From the NCBI RefSeq assembly GCF_964194025.1, contig NC_134471.1, positions 45,694,001 through 45,758,000 on the forward strand: a stretch of DNA of 64,000 bases, read 5' to 3'. This stretch comes from Convolutriloba macropyga. Lineage: Eukaryota. Below are positions 13,911-28,037 of this stretch, in pieces. The translations under genes were made by a program, and so were the position numbers. Within the stretch, counting starts at the first letter, position 1; every line of letters begins with the position of its first letter. The notes under the pieces are model-generated. The model was not told the origin of the DNA and did no database searches. It saw only the letters and a list, made by a program, of their open reading frames with translations.

Positions 13911-14959
13911 CACATGGAAAATTGGAACAAGTAACACATCTCGAACTTTAATAACAATGCCATTTCAATCATAACAGCTTCAATTAACAATGGATTTGAT
14001 TCTCTACATATACGTTTATCGTTTTCCTATATTGTACCAATTTGTAACAATACCATCTATAGCCATAAACGTTCCAAAATATACTACCCAAATCTCTTTG
14101 AACATGCTATTTCAATTACAGTTGAAATATCTTAACTGTTCCATTCCTGATCTGATTTGCTATATTAGTCTTAACTACAACACTGTCTTTAAGTATCACT
14201 GACACTTGATATAATACCTTGATATAACACTTAAACAATAATTGACTTCTTCAGAACAACAGTTTTTATTGTTTTTATTATTAATGTTCCTTTTTCTCCT
14301 AACCATTTTTTGCCTTCAGATATTAAATTGTACATGTACATATGCAAAGATTATCCATAGTTATATATATGCAATTTTGTAAATAAGAAATAAAGAAAAT
14401 ACAAAAAAGTACCTGATAATAATGTGTAAAATGGAACCGGATTTAAACAATAGCTTTATGCACTACAGTGTAGAATAACACACTATATGTAATGTTTAAC
14501 AGACATGTACAACGAACAGTATACATAACGTATACATAACACTACATAACACATTGGGTCATGACATGACAATTCTAACAGCTTCTGAGTAAGTGTTTAT
14601 AGTAACAAACTGTTGATATTTTGTTAATCAAACTAAAAATACGTCAAATAATTATATTGACACGTAGTCTACTAACAGTACAAAACAAAATATTCGAAGT
14701 CTATAACAACAGAAAAAACAAAAAGATTACTAATTCGAAAATTTCATATTACTATGATAGTCTACTAATTTATAACAACGACTTTTCATAGGTAAACCAA
14801 TTATAGACAAATGATTCATAGGTAAACATTCCACTGGATAAACAACCATGCAATTATAACAACATGAAGTTAACAACTATGAACCATCACATGCAATAGT
14901 CTAGCAATAGCATCATTCTTCTAACAGTAACAACGACCAAGTTCTTTCTTCCCGAGAGA

Positions 14960-16300
14960 ATTATTTGGAATGTTGAAATACATTATGTCGTATCCGGCGA
15001 ACAATTATAAAATAAGCGCGCAGACAGATACTTTTACTAAATTTAGAAGTATGAAATAACCACTAATAGGAATCAGGCGATGGGACATTTTTGTCCACAC
15101 ACATTAATCCTATAACCGTGTTCCAAAACCTTTACTAAATTTAAACAATACAGAAACCATTATCAAACTTACAACATTTACAGATTCGATAAACGCTTCG
15201 TATAACATAACCGTAACAACTAACAAAACCACAAAACTGTAGAAGTATGATGAAGCAGTCTGTACGGACTAAATTCATCAGAATAAATCATGAGTCCGGG
15301 AGACATTAATTGAAATAATACATGTTCTTATCCAATAACATAATCCAAAATGGCAGAAAAATCACAAGTCACTATACCGTTTGTTATGAAAAAAGGAAAT
15401 AACTTTTCGTTGTTGTCAACAACCTTCATGTTGTTACTCACCCAACTACACTCGATTTTTCCATCGAATTTCATATAACATTTAGAACAAAGGTTTTATT
15501 TTTTTTTACAACCGGAAGTGAAACTACGTAATAACAGAACATTAATACCGCCTAACATGATAGGCTAAATCGAAAAAATTCTGAACATCTAACAGCTAAC
15601 ATAAGCAAACAAAAAGAATTCAGGTAAGTCAGGTAAGTCACTGGACATCAGGATCGCCTTCGACATCAACATCGGGCCTACCCAAAAGGATCTTCATCCA
15701 CTGGAAGTGGTACTGGAATAGATACTTTTGTGGTTGTCGATGTTCACTCCTTGCTACGTGGGCAACCTATGTCTAGGAATTGACCGACTGACAAACCGGC
15801 GAAAGCGCAGCACACTCAACAAAAAGAAAAGAAATTCCTCCAAAGAGATTAAAGAGAAATTGAAAGTAGTACTCACAAAAACTTCTAAAAAACTTAAACC
15901 CCGGAAAAATGGAGTCAATGTTGACTTCCGACAAAGAAGATTTGAAGACTTTAATATTTAAATAAATAAAGACTGAAAATACTCTGGTTAAAATAGAAGA
16001 AATACCTTTCCTCCGATGCTTAACTAGTTTCCCTTACACACAACTGTTTAGTTGGTACCGATCAGAGTCATACACAAACCTGATATAATAATAAAGTATA
16101 TTTCTCTCTCTCTCTACTCCGCTCTTGTTTTGTATTGAGATATAAGTTAGACTTTAGCAATGGGGCCCGTGCACTGTCTACTGAAGCTCAGATAGAAGAG
16201 TAGCAGACTAGAGATATAGAACTTCAGTTAGTCAGGTAAGATACTATAAGACCTCAGTAGAGTAACCTCTCAGGGTAACCCTACTCGGGACACGTCTTAA
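14960..16300 (+). repeat. Putative 3' LTR-like terminal region
   Basis: Short purine run near 14954, AATAAA at 15961 and near 16090, a (CT)n tract and a terminal hairpin at 16256-16287. The last ~230 bp resemble the inverted remnant at 51567-55513. No 5' LTR is available for comparison. Confidence 0.35.
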
Positions 16301-17368
16301 TTGCTCTTGAACTAGTTATTCTCTATTAAATCGTTTTGTCATAACTGTATTATGGCCTGAATGCGCAGTGGTGAGTGCATTAGGTAATGTATCAGGAGGT
16401 CAATGGTTCGAATCTCAGCTGGGATCCCGTTTTTTCGACGTTTTTGTCTTAAATAAAATTAACGACAACTAACACGTATGGGCTTTGATTATTTTTGTCT
16501 CAGGATATCGATTAAAAAACGATGATTTCTTACAAGTGAAAAAAAAATTCCTTAACACTGGCTTGTATTGAGGTACAGCGACAAAAAACGACAATCGTTC
16601 CGTAGGAAATCGTCGTTTTTATCGTTTTGTTGCGGTTTCCGTCGTTTTAAGTGTTAGAAATGATCGTTTCTTCGTCGTTTTTTCGTCGTTTTTTTTTTTA
16701 TTTTTTTTGTCGTTTTTTTTATCAAATGAAATTGTTGTTTTTTGATCGTTTTCTTGTCGCTGTTTGTCGTCTCTTATGTCGTTTTTTTTTTCAAAACAAA
16801 TTGTCGTTTTTTGGTCTTTTTTTCGTAGTTTCATTGCACTTGAACTAAGTTTTCTCTATTAAATCATTTTAGCATATCTGTATTATGGCCTGATAACGCA
16901 GTGGTGAGTGCAGCAGGTAATGTATAGTGAGTTTAATTTTTTGAATATCAGCGGGGATCCCGTTTTTTGTCGTTTTTCTCTTACAAAAAACGATGAGAAA
17001 TGATCATTTCCTACATAAAAATAACGACGAAATAATGAACAAAACGACAACTACCACTTAAGGGCTTTGATCGTTTTCGTCTAACGACAACGATTGAAAA
17101 ACAACAATTTCTTTCAAGTAAAAAACGAAATTTTTCAACATAGGCCCGTGTTGAGGACAACGACGAAAAAACGACAACCTTTTTGTAAGCAATCGTCGTT
17201 TTTTTTTATTTGTCGTCGTTTACGTCGTTTTGGCGTGGTTTTCTTCGTTGTCATTAGTTTCTGTGTTTTAAGTCGTCTTTTAAGTTTTAGAAATGATTGT
17301 TCCTTCGTCGTTTTGTTTGTAATTGGTTACATCGTTTTTTCTTTTTTTTTCAAATGGAGTCGTCGTTA
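16300..17368 (+). repeat. Two monomers of the ~560-bp tRNA-like-cassette satellite
   Basis: Heads at 16354 and 16887 match those in the 31.2-45.5 kb array. Confidence 0.92.
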
Positions 17369-17369
17369 G

Positions 17370-19235
17370 GGAAAACCGTTGAAGGGGTAAAAGAAAAGAC
17401 TGGGTAACCAAATTTTGTGTTTCAGAAAGTAATTATTTTCATTCAGGTTTATAATGACAGAAGAGTTGTATGATGTATTTGACAAACTATCACAGAACAA
17501 GGCATCGGGTCCTGGATTCCTCCCAGCATGGTCATTCAAAAGTTGTAAATTGTCTATTGAAACACAGTTTTATTGTGCATTTAACAAATAGATTTCGACC
17601 AATTTTTTTTCCAGATGTCCTCAACAAAACATATGTAACTCCACTTCACAAAAAGGTGATCCACTTGATTCAATGAACTACAGGCCGTTTTCAGTGACAC
17701 CAAATCATGCTAAGAAATTTGAATGGTTTCTACTGCAACAAATATTGGAATGTTCATGTTGATGAACATAAGATAATAAAAAGAAAACAATTCGGATTTC
17801 TTAAAAATATAAAGTCAAATGACATTGTCATTTCATTAACGGAATCTATAAACCAACGTGTAGAACAAAACGAAACTGTTGTTGGACTTTTTTAGATTTA
17901 GCGAAAACGGTCAACTCAATTTCTCACAAAATCTTTCTTGAAAAAATTGCAAATTATGGATTCAGAATAGGATCTAAAACTATGCTGAAATCATTTCTAT
18001 CTAACAGAAAACAATGCGTTAACAACGGAATCATTTAGTCAATCTGGACAAAAAGTAAACACGGAGTTCCTCAAAGAAAAGTCATCGGGCCCCTGATTTC
18101 TTGTACTGTATATTAACGATTTCTCGGAAAAAATAAAACCAAGAAGTGTTAAAATTTGCAGATGATACATGTATAATATCTTACTCAAAAAAAATTAATG
18201 GCTTCAAACAAAAACCTCGAGCAATTTCAAAGAATTGATAATTATATGAAACAGAAGAAAAAACCGAGATAAATCCGAAATACTTGTTTTATCTTAAAAA
18301 GATCGACTGCCTTCTGAGGCATTTCATTATAATGGAAGTATCATAAAGTCGGTTGTAGTTGTCTGGGCGTAAAGACTGACAATAATTTGAAATTTGTCTT
18401 AGAACTAAACAAAACGATGATGAAAACGGAGACTGCTATTAGATCAATTTACTTGGTGAGACATCTTATACTGCTAAAACAAAAATTGTACTTTTCAAAT
18501 CACTTGTCTTGTCACATTTCAATTTTTCTCTAATCTCTGCAAGCCTCATCACTTCTGAGAAGAGAAAGACAAATAAATTGGTGTATAAAGGTTTGCCTTG
18601 TGCGTAAAAAGTTTGATAGCGCAAGGGATCCTCTAATAAGAGATAAAGTTTTTTTCTTTTAAAAATTTTTTAAATTTAACTAAGCGCTAAAAGGAAAGCA
18701 GTCAAATATCCAAGAAAAAGTTCATACAAGACTTTTGGAAAATATGAGATGAGATGAGAGAAAATTTCTGAACTGTATAGTTGTTTTCCCAAAAAAAATG
18801 TGCCAATCTTTATTAGTGACCAATTAATAGTCAGAAATTTCTCAAGAATGTGGAACAACTTGCCAAGAAAAATCCGGATAGAAAAAACCAAAAAACAAGT
18901 TTAAGAAGAAAACAACAAGAGAAATAATCAAATTACATGAACGTGTTCCAATAGATAGACAAGTACAAGTTTTTAGAAATTATTTTTACTAATATTTTAA
19001 GGACCAAAATTTCCATATGTTTTAAAGTTAGAATGATACTATTCTCACAAATCAACATTTCCCATGCTACCAAACCAATAACCTACAACGTTTCATTTTG
19101 TGCAGTGGCTCTACGTCGGCATCTTAATGAGAAGTCACATTTTAAATCCCTGTCAATAGCCAAACTTTTGGTGAAAGAAAAAAATGAGAAAACAAGCAAA
19201 ACACATTCGATAACTAAAATTTATAAATCAAATTA
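17370..19235 (+). mobile_element. 5'-truncated, decayed non-LTR retrotransposon (CR1/L2-like RT)
   Basis: Frameshifted motifs VTPLHKKGD..NYRP (~17636), QFGF, FLDL.K..NSISH (~17889), FLSNRKQCV, GVPQ..IGPL (~18063), YIND, FADDT (18155). Confidence 0.9.
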
Positions 19236-19693
19236 AAACTGAAATTACCTGTCTCACTTGCCGCAATCCACCAAGAAAAAGTTAACTTAGTAGTAGTTCT
19301 AGACGCAAGCATTGGGGTTTCTTCCTTGCAACGTCCCATGTCACAGTCTAGCTAGTAAGTCTGTGTAAAATTAACCACGTAAAGACAAGTTATATAAACA
19401 CTTGAAAAAACTAGAAAAAGCCCAAAACAGATTTCTTTACATATACATTAAAAAGAATAGCATTGAAAAACTTCAGAAACCCCCAAGAAATACAGAACAA
19501 ATTCAAGAACCTACAAAAAATATTTAAACATTATTTATAAACAATCTTCTTTGAAAACAAATATAGGACGAACACAACCATAAACAAAAACATATAATTA
19601 TTTAAGGAAAGTATTTAAGATTAAGTGTAAACATAAACATAAATATAGGTTTTTACCTAAAAATCATAATGCAGCCGAGGAAAATACAGAAAA

Positions 19694-21560
19694 TGACTTC
19701 TCTACCAATCACAGAGAGGGAAGACTCTATTCTTTTATCTAAGATGCGTGAAACTTTATTCACTGCAGTCTGCTACCATTTTCCACACCTTATGTGAATA
19801 TCTGACTGCGGCAAACACTAAATTATTTATGGTAAAAACTGAAATTCTCTTTCAGTGTTTTACTGAGTCGGTTAAACATATAGACTTAGCTAAGTGTGCT
19901 TCTCGCGCAGAAATAGGTAGCTCTGACTATATCAAACTTAAGGCTCTAAAAAGAGTCCATCTCGGGTCTTCCTTAACTTGCGCCACCAATGAGTTAACAT
20001 CATCTAACCACAAAAAAAATTGCACTAAAACAAAAACTATACAGTTAAGCTATCGCATTTTTGCTATTTATTTTCTCTATTTAGATAAAAGGCTCAGATT
20101 CAGGAGAATCAATCCTAGAGAATTTTTTCTAAGCAAACACAGGAAAAAAAGCTTTTGCTGCGCAACTTCCATCATAGAAACAAAATTTGAAACTCTTATC
20201 TCTGCAAATACTGCTGACAATGCAGAATATAAGTTTTCTCGACAACAAGAGAACGAACGATCACTAGAAGACATAAAACCAATCTGCATAACGAAAATTC
20301 TAAATGTTGAAAAATTACGCTTTTCAGTGGGTACAACCTCACCACTGAAAACACACTTTTTCAATATTTATCAACAATTTTCCCTGTCAATAATTGCTAA
20401 AACTTCCCAGATAGCTAGAATAGCTTTTACATCTTATTTGTTTCAAAACTTGAAAACTCGTGCACAGAATTTATTAAACGAGATGCGTTGTTCATACGTG
20501 ATCCCATCACTAACCGCCTTGCCTCGCTAATATATGATTCACTGTTTTGCCCACACTCAGGTGGATTATTAGATTTTCTACAGAAATTTCAATGCGCAAG
20601 CCAGACAGATCAACCAGAAGATCATTTTAAAAACCTTTTTTGAATTTTTAAAAAAATTGACATCTTCTATAAACATGAGCAAAACACTGAAAATGAAGTT
20701 TTTATCCATTTCATAGTCCTTAACACAGTAACGGAAAATGGAATTATCCGAATCATACACAATAAATGTTTGAACACTTCTTACTTGGTTTTTACACAGA
20801 ATTTGGCTTCGTCTCATACGCCATATTTAGGAATTAACAAGACAGATCGCACAAGCCTTCGCACTATTATTACACAAACTTCCTGACAAATTACACCATA
20901 TCTACGATACAGGCTGGTTTCCACAGGATTTTATGTGTATAAAAGAAGTTTGTTCAAATATCATACAAAAACACCACTTACAAATACACAAAAGATTATT
21001 CACGAAAAAAATGCTGAAATTCAACCATTCATGGTAGATCCTAAAAATGGACCAAATATATCCTAAGAAATATCCCCTATGAAAACAATTTCCAGAAGAA
21101 TTCGCATATTCAAAACAAATGAATACAAATCAAACGACACCTCAGCCACTGATTCGAATTCTGCTCTTTTAGAAGACGGCAAAATGTTTTCTTTGCACAC
21201 AATAAATCTCATGTCACTCGCGAAAACTTGAAATAACAAATACGAAAACACTTTCAAAACCACAATTTCAACAGAGTTACCACAATGTAGAAATCAAGGC
21301 CACATCACTTTTACAATAAACGGCAAACGCAAACATGCCCCTACGGAGATTTCAAAGAGAGGGTTCGATAAAATTCAGCTCTCCCTAGAACCAACAGAAA
21401 CAGAAAAACAATCAGACAACGCAAATGACAGCACAACAAGTGATAAATTTGGTTATGCAAAAAAATCCACAAACTAATCAGATAATGATAATTGCTCTAA
21501 CGCCATTGTTTTTACAAGCAGCCCCTATAAAAAAACCTTCTCCAACATTGAGTAAAAAGA
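19694..21560 (+). pseudogene. Decayed long ORF of unknown identity, probably retroelement accessory
   Basis: 260-codon open frame at 19748-20530 flanked by frameshifted protein-like segments; A-rich plus strand. No motif recognised. Confidence 0.35.
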
Positions 21561-21606
21561 TCAGGTGATGTATCCCTACTTAGGAAGTTCTGTCTCTGAG
21601 CAACAA

Positions 21607-23160
21607 GATCATTTGTAATGTGACTTTATGGCTTATTATGTTAATATTACATTTGATGAAGAAATTTTTTTCTAGGATGTTTGACGAAGCAAGAGGTTTG
21701 ATGAAGCAATTTTTCTCTTTGAATTATTCAACAGCTAAATAGCCTTTCTTTTGTCACTATAATTATTATGTACGATGTTCTGTTGTGCAGAGACTCAGTG
21801 GTTAGAAATAATCTTCGGAGCGGGTTCAACAGTTTATTGAGAAAGAACTCAATCGAAGCCTCTCTTTTGGCGAATGATTTGTAGCTTGAAAATCTCCGTT
21901 CTACCTTTCAGCTTAGTACTTTTGAAGAACTGGGGCCGCATCCACATTTAAGTAATCAGAAAACAAATACATCAAGATTAACTCAAGATAAATAAAAATT
22001 CTCACGCGTGCTGTCACGTGACGGCAAAAATATCATGCATTATATACCATAAAAATAATCCATTCATTTTAAGTAAATCAAACATAATATATAACATAAA
22101 ACACAAAATATAACCAAATGGTTTTTATAGCAAATATACTTGAAAAACTTTACAGTATAGTGACAAAGTAGATATAACTTTTCTCATCTTAATAAGGAAA
22201 TAAAATCGAATCTTCATATGGCCCTGAAAGTATAGCGCTAAAAAGAAGATTAAAAAAAGACGGAAATATTTTCATCGTAATAAGGATTGTACGTAGTACG
22301 TTAACCTTCCCACATTAGCAAGAAATTTAGTGCCACGAACAAAGATTTAGGGAGCCCCCCCTTATTTTTCTTGTGCATTTTCCTCGCAGTATCTATAATT
22401 GTTAGGTTGTCCAAGAAATTCGGGATTTTTGTTGTCAAATCGCATGGAAATTGCTGAATTAAGTTGCCTAGTTTGGCGAGGGAGTTGTGATTTAATTGCT
22501 GATAAATCATCTATTGATTAATTTTGTGTTGATCTTGGTTTAAGGTTGAAAAGTTCAGTTTCATGTGCTTGAACTTTTTTAATATCTATGTTAGGGCAGG
22601 TTCTACTGTATCATCGATGTTCGTTTCTGCAATGATTGTCGACAGGTACTTCATCTTGTAGTCATGAGATCGTTTGTAGTCATAGACAGTAACGGTTTGA
22701 GCGGAGTTTTAGCGTCTGAGAGTTTCATAAATTTGAGGGCTACTCGTTGAAGAAAATATTTAGGGTAAGGGAGAGCTTGATTAAAACATCTAACTGGTCA
22801 ACAGGTGAGGGCTTCAAAAGTTGCATTTTGTGAACCAATGGGGCTGTGTTTTTTGTCCAATTCGGCTTGTTTGATAGTATTAGTTGTGCTGATCCTCTAT
22901 TTTCCTAACTCTGGGAAAAATTAAATACTAACATTTGTTTTCGAAATGAAAAGTTATCTTCTCCATTTGAGGAATTGATGAAAATAAAATGTTTCAGAGG
23001 ATTAGCTAGATTGACATCAATTCGATTGGCGGGACTGTTGAACAACTCAAAAGGTCTGGTCGGATCTTAGTGTTTTTGCTGATCAGTTGCTATCGGTTAC
23101 ATTGCTTAAATTCTTTAAAAATTTTAAATCTAAATTTTTTGAAATTTTTTAAATTTACCA
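21607..23160 (-). mobile_element. 3' part of a retroelement: C-terminal F-like env and downstream non-coding region (copy 1)
   Basis: Minus strand reads SKNTKIRPDLLSC (23042-23080), continuing the env fragment in the adjacent repeats. The block is duplicated at 26462-28037. Confidence 0.6.
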
Positions 23161-26100
23161 AATTACTTCCACGTAAAGGGCTTTTGCGCTCATTATGAGC
23201 CACATCCCATAGCCAAGGTTCTTAGTGGTTTCACGCAAAACTTCTTTTGATTTGTGATACTAAAAGTGCAACGACTTGAGTATGGAAGTAGAGTGCAGCT
23301 AGGGGAGCCGATTGTGCCATATACGGTATATAAAAGCTGTTTCGTGACATATACGGTAAATAAAAGAACCTAGACAATTATCAAGCTCTTGCCGTGTTAG
23401 AGTAGTCTTTTGCATAGAAACCTCCTTATATCCTGCCAAAAAAGGACCTTGGCTGATCAATTGAGGTCTTCTTTTGGATCTTGTTGGGGCGCTGTAATGA
23501 CTAGTGTACTGTAGAAATGAAATGAAGTTTGACGGAATGCAAGATGAACTGCTAGAGTTAAGAATAATCCCTAATCAATGGTGGCATTTCATAATCAATT
23601 TTGCCGTCACAAAATGACATGTTGCCGTTGGTTGGTTTTGCCAAAGACAAAAGGTTTGTTGAAGGTTTCTGAATATCATGAATTGAAACTAAGTCTGCTG
23701 ATAATGATTCTCAGGGTACTAAAAATTTGGGCAATCTTTTGTCTAACATGATTGGTATCGAGTTTAACATGATTATGCTGTAGGCACATAAAACTGGACG
23801 GTAACTCTTGACGTCAGCGTATAAATGTGATAACAATGGAGGTTATGTTTTTAAATTTAAGTTTCACTGCTGATTTGAAAAAAAGCATATATGTACAATC
23901 TTGAAACATGCCAATATTTTTCGAAAGTATCGAATTGATCTGGAACTACCCCAGCTTTTTTTCCCTCTTCTTCATCACTTGTTAGCAGAGAGACATCGTT
24001 TAAATTCCATAAATTCTATGAACTTGTTCGAACTAAGTTTCTAAACTTTTTAAATGCACCAAATTACTTCCACGTGAAGGGCTTTGCGCTCATTATGAGC
24101 CACATCCCATAGCCAAGGTTCTTAGCGGGTTAACGCAAAACGTTTTTTGATTTGTGATACTAATAGTGCAACAACTTGAGTATGGAAGTAGAATGCCGAC
24201 AAGGAAGTTGATTGTGCCAAATCAGTCTGCTGTTTCGTGACATATACGGTAAGTAAAAAAAACCTAGACAATTTTTAAGCTTTTGTTGTGTTAGAGTTGT
24301 CTTTTGCATAGAATCCTTCAAAATTGCCAATTAAGGACCTTTGCTGATCAATTGAGGTCTTCTTTTGGATCTTGTTGGTGCGCTGTAATGACAAGCGTAC
24401 TGTAAAAGTGAAATGAAGTTTGATGGAATGCAAGATGAATTGCTAGAGTTAAGAATAATCCCTAATCGATGGTGGCAATTTCATAATCACTTTTGGCGTC
24501 AAAATATGAAAGGTTGCCGTTCATTGGTATTGCCAACGACAAAATGTTTTTATGGGTATCTGGACATCATGAATTGAAACTAAGTCTGCTAATAATGATT
24601 CTCAGGGTACTAAAAATATGGGCAATCTTTTGTCTAACATGATTGGTATCAAGTTTAACTAGATTATACTGTTGGCAAACAAAAAAATTGGGCGGTGCTT
24701 CTTGACGTCAGCCTATAAATCTGATAAAAAAGATGGCACTATAATGATTTGCAAGATGAATTGGTACTGCAAGATGAATTGCTAGAGTTAACAATTGTCC
24801 CTAATCGATGGTGGCAATTTCACAATCAATTTTGGCGTCACAATATGACATGTTGCCGTTCGTTGGTATTGCCAATGACAAGAGGTTTGTTGTCTGCTAT
24901 TAATTCGTTGGTATTGCCAATGACAAGAGGTTTGTTGTCTGCTGTTAATTATTCTCAGGGTACTAAAAATATGGGCAATCTTTTGTCTAACATGATTGGT
25001 ATAAAGTTTAACAAGATTATACTGTAGGCACTTAAAACTGGACGGTAACTCTTGACGTCAACGTATAATTGTGATAACAAGGATGGTACTGTGTTTGAAT
25101 TTAAGTTTCATTGCTGATTTGCAAGAAAGCATGTTTGTACAATCTTGTAACATGCCAATATTTTTCGAAAGTATCAAATTGATCTGGAACTACCCCAGCA
25201 TTTTTTTCCCTCCTTTTCTTCACTTGTTAGCAGAGAGACATCGTTTACATTTCATAAATTCTTCGAAATTGTTCAAACTAATTTTCTAAATTTTTTAATT
25301 GCACCAAATTACTTCCACGTGAAGGGTTTTGCGCTCATTATGAGGCACATCCCATATCCAAGGTTCTTAGCGGTTTCAAGCAAAACTTTTTTGATTTGTG
25401 ATACTAATAGTACAACGACTTGAGTATGGAAGTAGGGTGCCGCTAAGGGAGTTGATTGTGCCAAATCAGTCTCCTGTTTCGTGACATATACGACAAGTAA
25501 GAGATCCTAGACAATTATAAAGCTTTTGTTGTGTTAGAGTAGTCTTTTGCGTAGAATCCGCCTTATAGCCTGCCAAATATGGACCTTCGCTGACCAATTG
25601 GGGTCCTCCTTTGGATCTTGTTGGGGCGCTGTAATGACTAGTGTACTGTAGAAATGAAATGAAGTTTGACGGAAAGCAAGATGAATTGATAGAGTTTAGA
25701 AAAATCCCTTATCGGTGGTGGCAATTTCACAATCACTTTTGGCGTCACGATATGAGAGGTTGCCGTTGGTTGGTATTGCCAATGACAAAAGGTTTGTTGA
25801 GGGTTTCTGGATATCATGAATTCAAACTAAGTCTGCTAGTAAGGATTCGCAGGGTACTAAAAATATGGACAATCTTTTGGTATCGAGTTTACGAAGATTG
25901 TACTGTTGGCATATAAAACTGGGCGGTAACTTTTGACGTCAGCGTATATATCTCATAACAATGATGCTACTGTGTTAAAATTTAGGTTTCATTGTTGGTT
26001 GGCAAAACAACATATTTGTACAATCTTTTAACCTGCCAATATTTTTTCGAAAGTATCGAATTGATCTGGAACTAGTCCAGCTTTTGTTTTCCCTCCCTTT

Positions 26101-26460
26101 CTTCATTTGTTAGCAGAGAGACATCGTTTACATTCCATAAATTCTATAAATTAGAACAAAGTTTGTAATTTTTTTAAATTCACCAATTTACTTCCTCGTG
26201 AAGGGCTTTGCGCTCATTATGAGCCACATCCCATAGCCAAGATTCTTCGCTTTTCACGCAAAGCTTTTTCTAGTTTGTGATACTAAAAGTGCAACGACTG
26301 GAGTATGGAACAATAGTGCCGCAAGGAAGTTGATTGAGCCAAATCAGTCTCCTGTTTCAATTCATTTACAATATAAAAACCTAGACAATTTTTAAGCTTT
26401 TTTTGTGTTAGAGTAGTCTTTTGCATAGAATCCTTGAAAAATGCCAATTAGGGACCTTGC
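23161..26460 (-). repeat. ~890-bp tandem repeat derived from a baculovirus-F-like (class I) env ectodomain
   Basis: Units start at 23161, 24062, 25307 and 26186. The minus strand reads SMQKTTLTRQELDNCLGSFIYRICHET (23339-23418) and NLGYGMWLIMSA (23186-23222). Confidence 0.75.
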
Positions 26461-26461
26461 T

Positions 26462-28037
26462 GATCATTTGTAATGCGACTTTAAAGCTTATTGTTTTGTT
26501 ACTGCATTTGATGAAGAAAATTTTCTCTATGATGTTTGATGAAGCAAGAGGTTTGATGAAGCAATTTTTCTCTTTGAATTTTTTAACAACTAAATAGCGT
26601 TTCTTTTTTCACCCTAATGATTATGTACGATGTTTTGTTTTGCAGAGACTCAGTGGTTAGAAATAATCTTCGGAGCGGGTTCAACAGTTTATTGAGAAAG
26701 AACTCAATCGAAGCCTCTCTTTTGGCGAATGATTTGTAGCTTGAAAATCTCCGTTCTACCTTTCAGCTTAGTACTTTTGAAGAACCGGGGCCGCATTCAC
26801 TTTTAAGAAGTCAGAAAACAAATACATCAAGATTAACTCAAGATAAATAAAATTTCTCACGCGTGCTGTCACGCACCTGCAAAAATATCATGCATGATAT
26901 ATCATAAAAATAATTCATGCATTTTGAGTAAATCAAACACACTAAATATAACCAAACGGTTTTTAAAGCAAAAATACTTGAAAAACTTTAGAGTTTAGTG
27001 ACAACGTAAATATAACTTTTCTCATCTTAATAAAGAAATAAAGTCAAATCTTCATATGGCCTTGAAAGTATAGCACTAAAAAGAAGATTAAAGAAAGACG
27101 GAAATATTTTCATCGTAATAAGGATCTTACATAGTACATTAACCTTCCCACATTAGCAAGAAATTTAGTGCCACGAACAAAAAATTAGGGAGCACACCTT
27201 ATTTTTCTTGCGCATTTTCCTCAGTTTCTATAATTGTCAAAGAAATTCGAGATTTTTGCTTTCAAATCGCATTGAAATTGCTAAATTAAGTTGCCTAATT
27301 TGGTGAGCAAGTCTGTGATTTATTTAATGGTAAATCATCTATTGGTGAATTTTGTGTCGATCTTGATTTAAGGTTAAAACGTTCAAACTTTTTGTCTGTC
27401 TATGTTATGGCAGCTTCTACTTTATCATCGATGTTCGTTTCTGCAATGATTGTCGACAGGTACTTCATCTTGTAGTCATGAGACTGTTTTTTCGCAAGTT
27501 TGGTATTTGAAACCAACAGTAGTGGTTTGAGCGGAGTTTTAGCGCCTGACAGTTCTTATAAATTTGAGGGTTACTCGTTGAAAAAAATTTATAGGGTAAG
27601 GGAGAGCTCCAGCGTCAACAGGTGAGGGCTTCAGAAGTTGCATTTTGTGAACCAATGGGCTGTGTTTTTTGTCTAATTCGGCTTGTTTGATAGTATTAGT
27701 TGTGCTGATCCTCTATTTTCCTAACTCTGGGAAAAATTCAACACTAACATCTGTTTTCGAAATGAAAAGTTAACTTCTCCATTTGAAACATTGATGAAAT
27801 CAAAAATTTTCAGAGGATTAGCTAATTTGACATCAATTCGATTGGCAGGACTGTTGAACAACTCAAAATGTCTGGTCGGATCTTAATGTTTTTGCTGATC
27901 AGTTTAATTCCGGATTGGAGAGTGAAACGCAATGACGACATCCTTCCTTTTCACTTATTAGCCGAGAGACATCGTTTACATTGCCTAAATTGTTTAAATA
28001 TTTTATATCTAAATTTTAAAAATTTTCAAATTTATCA
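26462..28037 (-). repeat. Diverged duplicate of 21607-23160
   Basis: gatcatttgtaatg at 21607 and 26462 (offset 4855), then long colinear similarity. Confidence 0.92.

Larger units (their letters stand above)
1..16300 (+). mobile_element. Large decayed Ty3/Gypsy LTR retroelement (5' end outside window): gag-pol, accessory ORFs, env, putative 3' LTR
   Basis: PR-RT-RH-IN order is the Gypsy arrangement. The same A/C-rich plus-strand bias continues to about 16 kb. Linkage across the 6408-6661 gap is inferred, not proven. Confidence 0.7.

Noticed and set aside
21781-22370. LTR and polypurine tract of the F-env element
   Set aside because: A purine run and a TG end exist, but boundaries could not be fixed without a second independent LTR.
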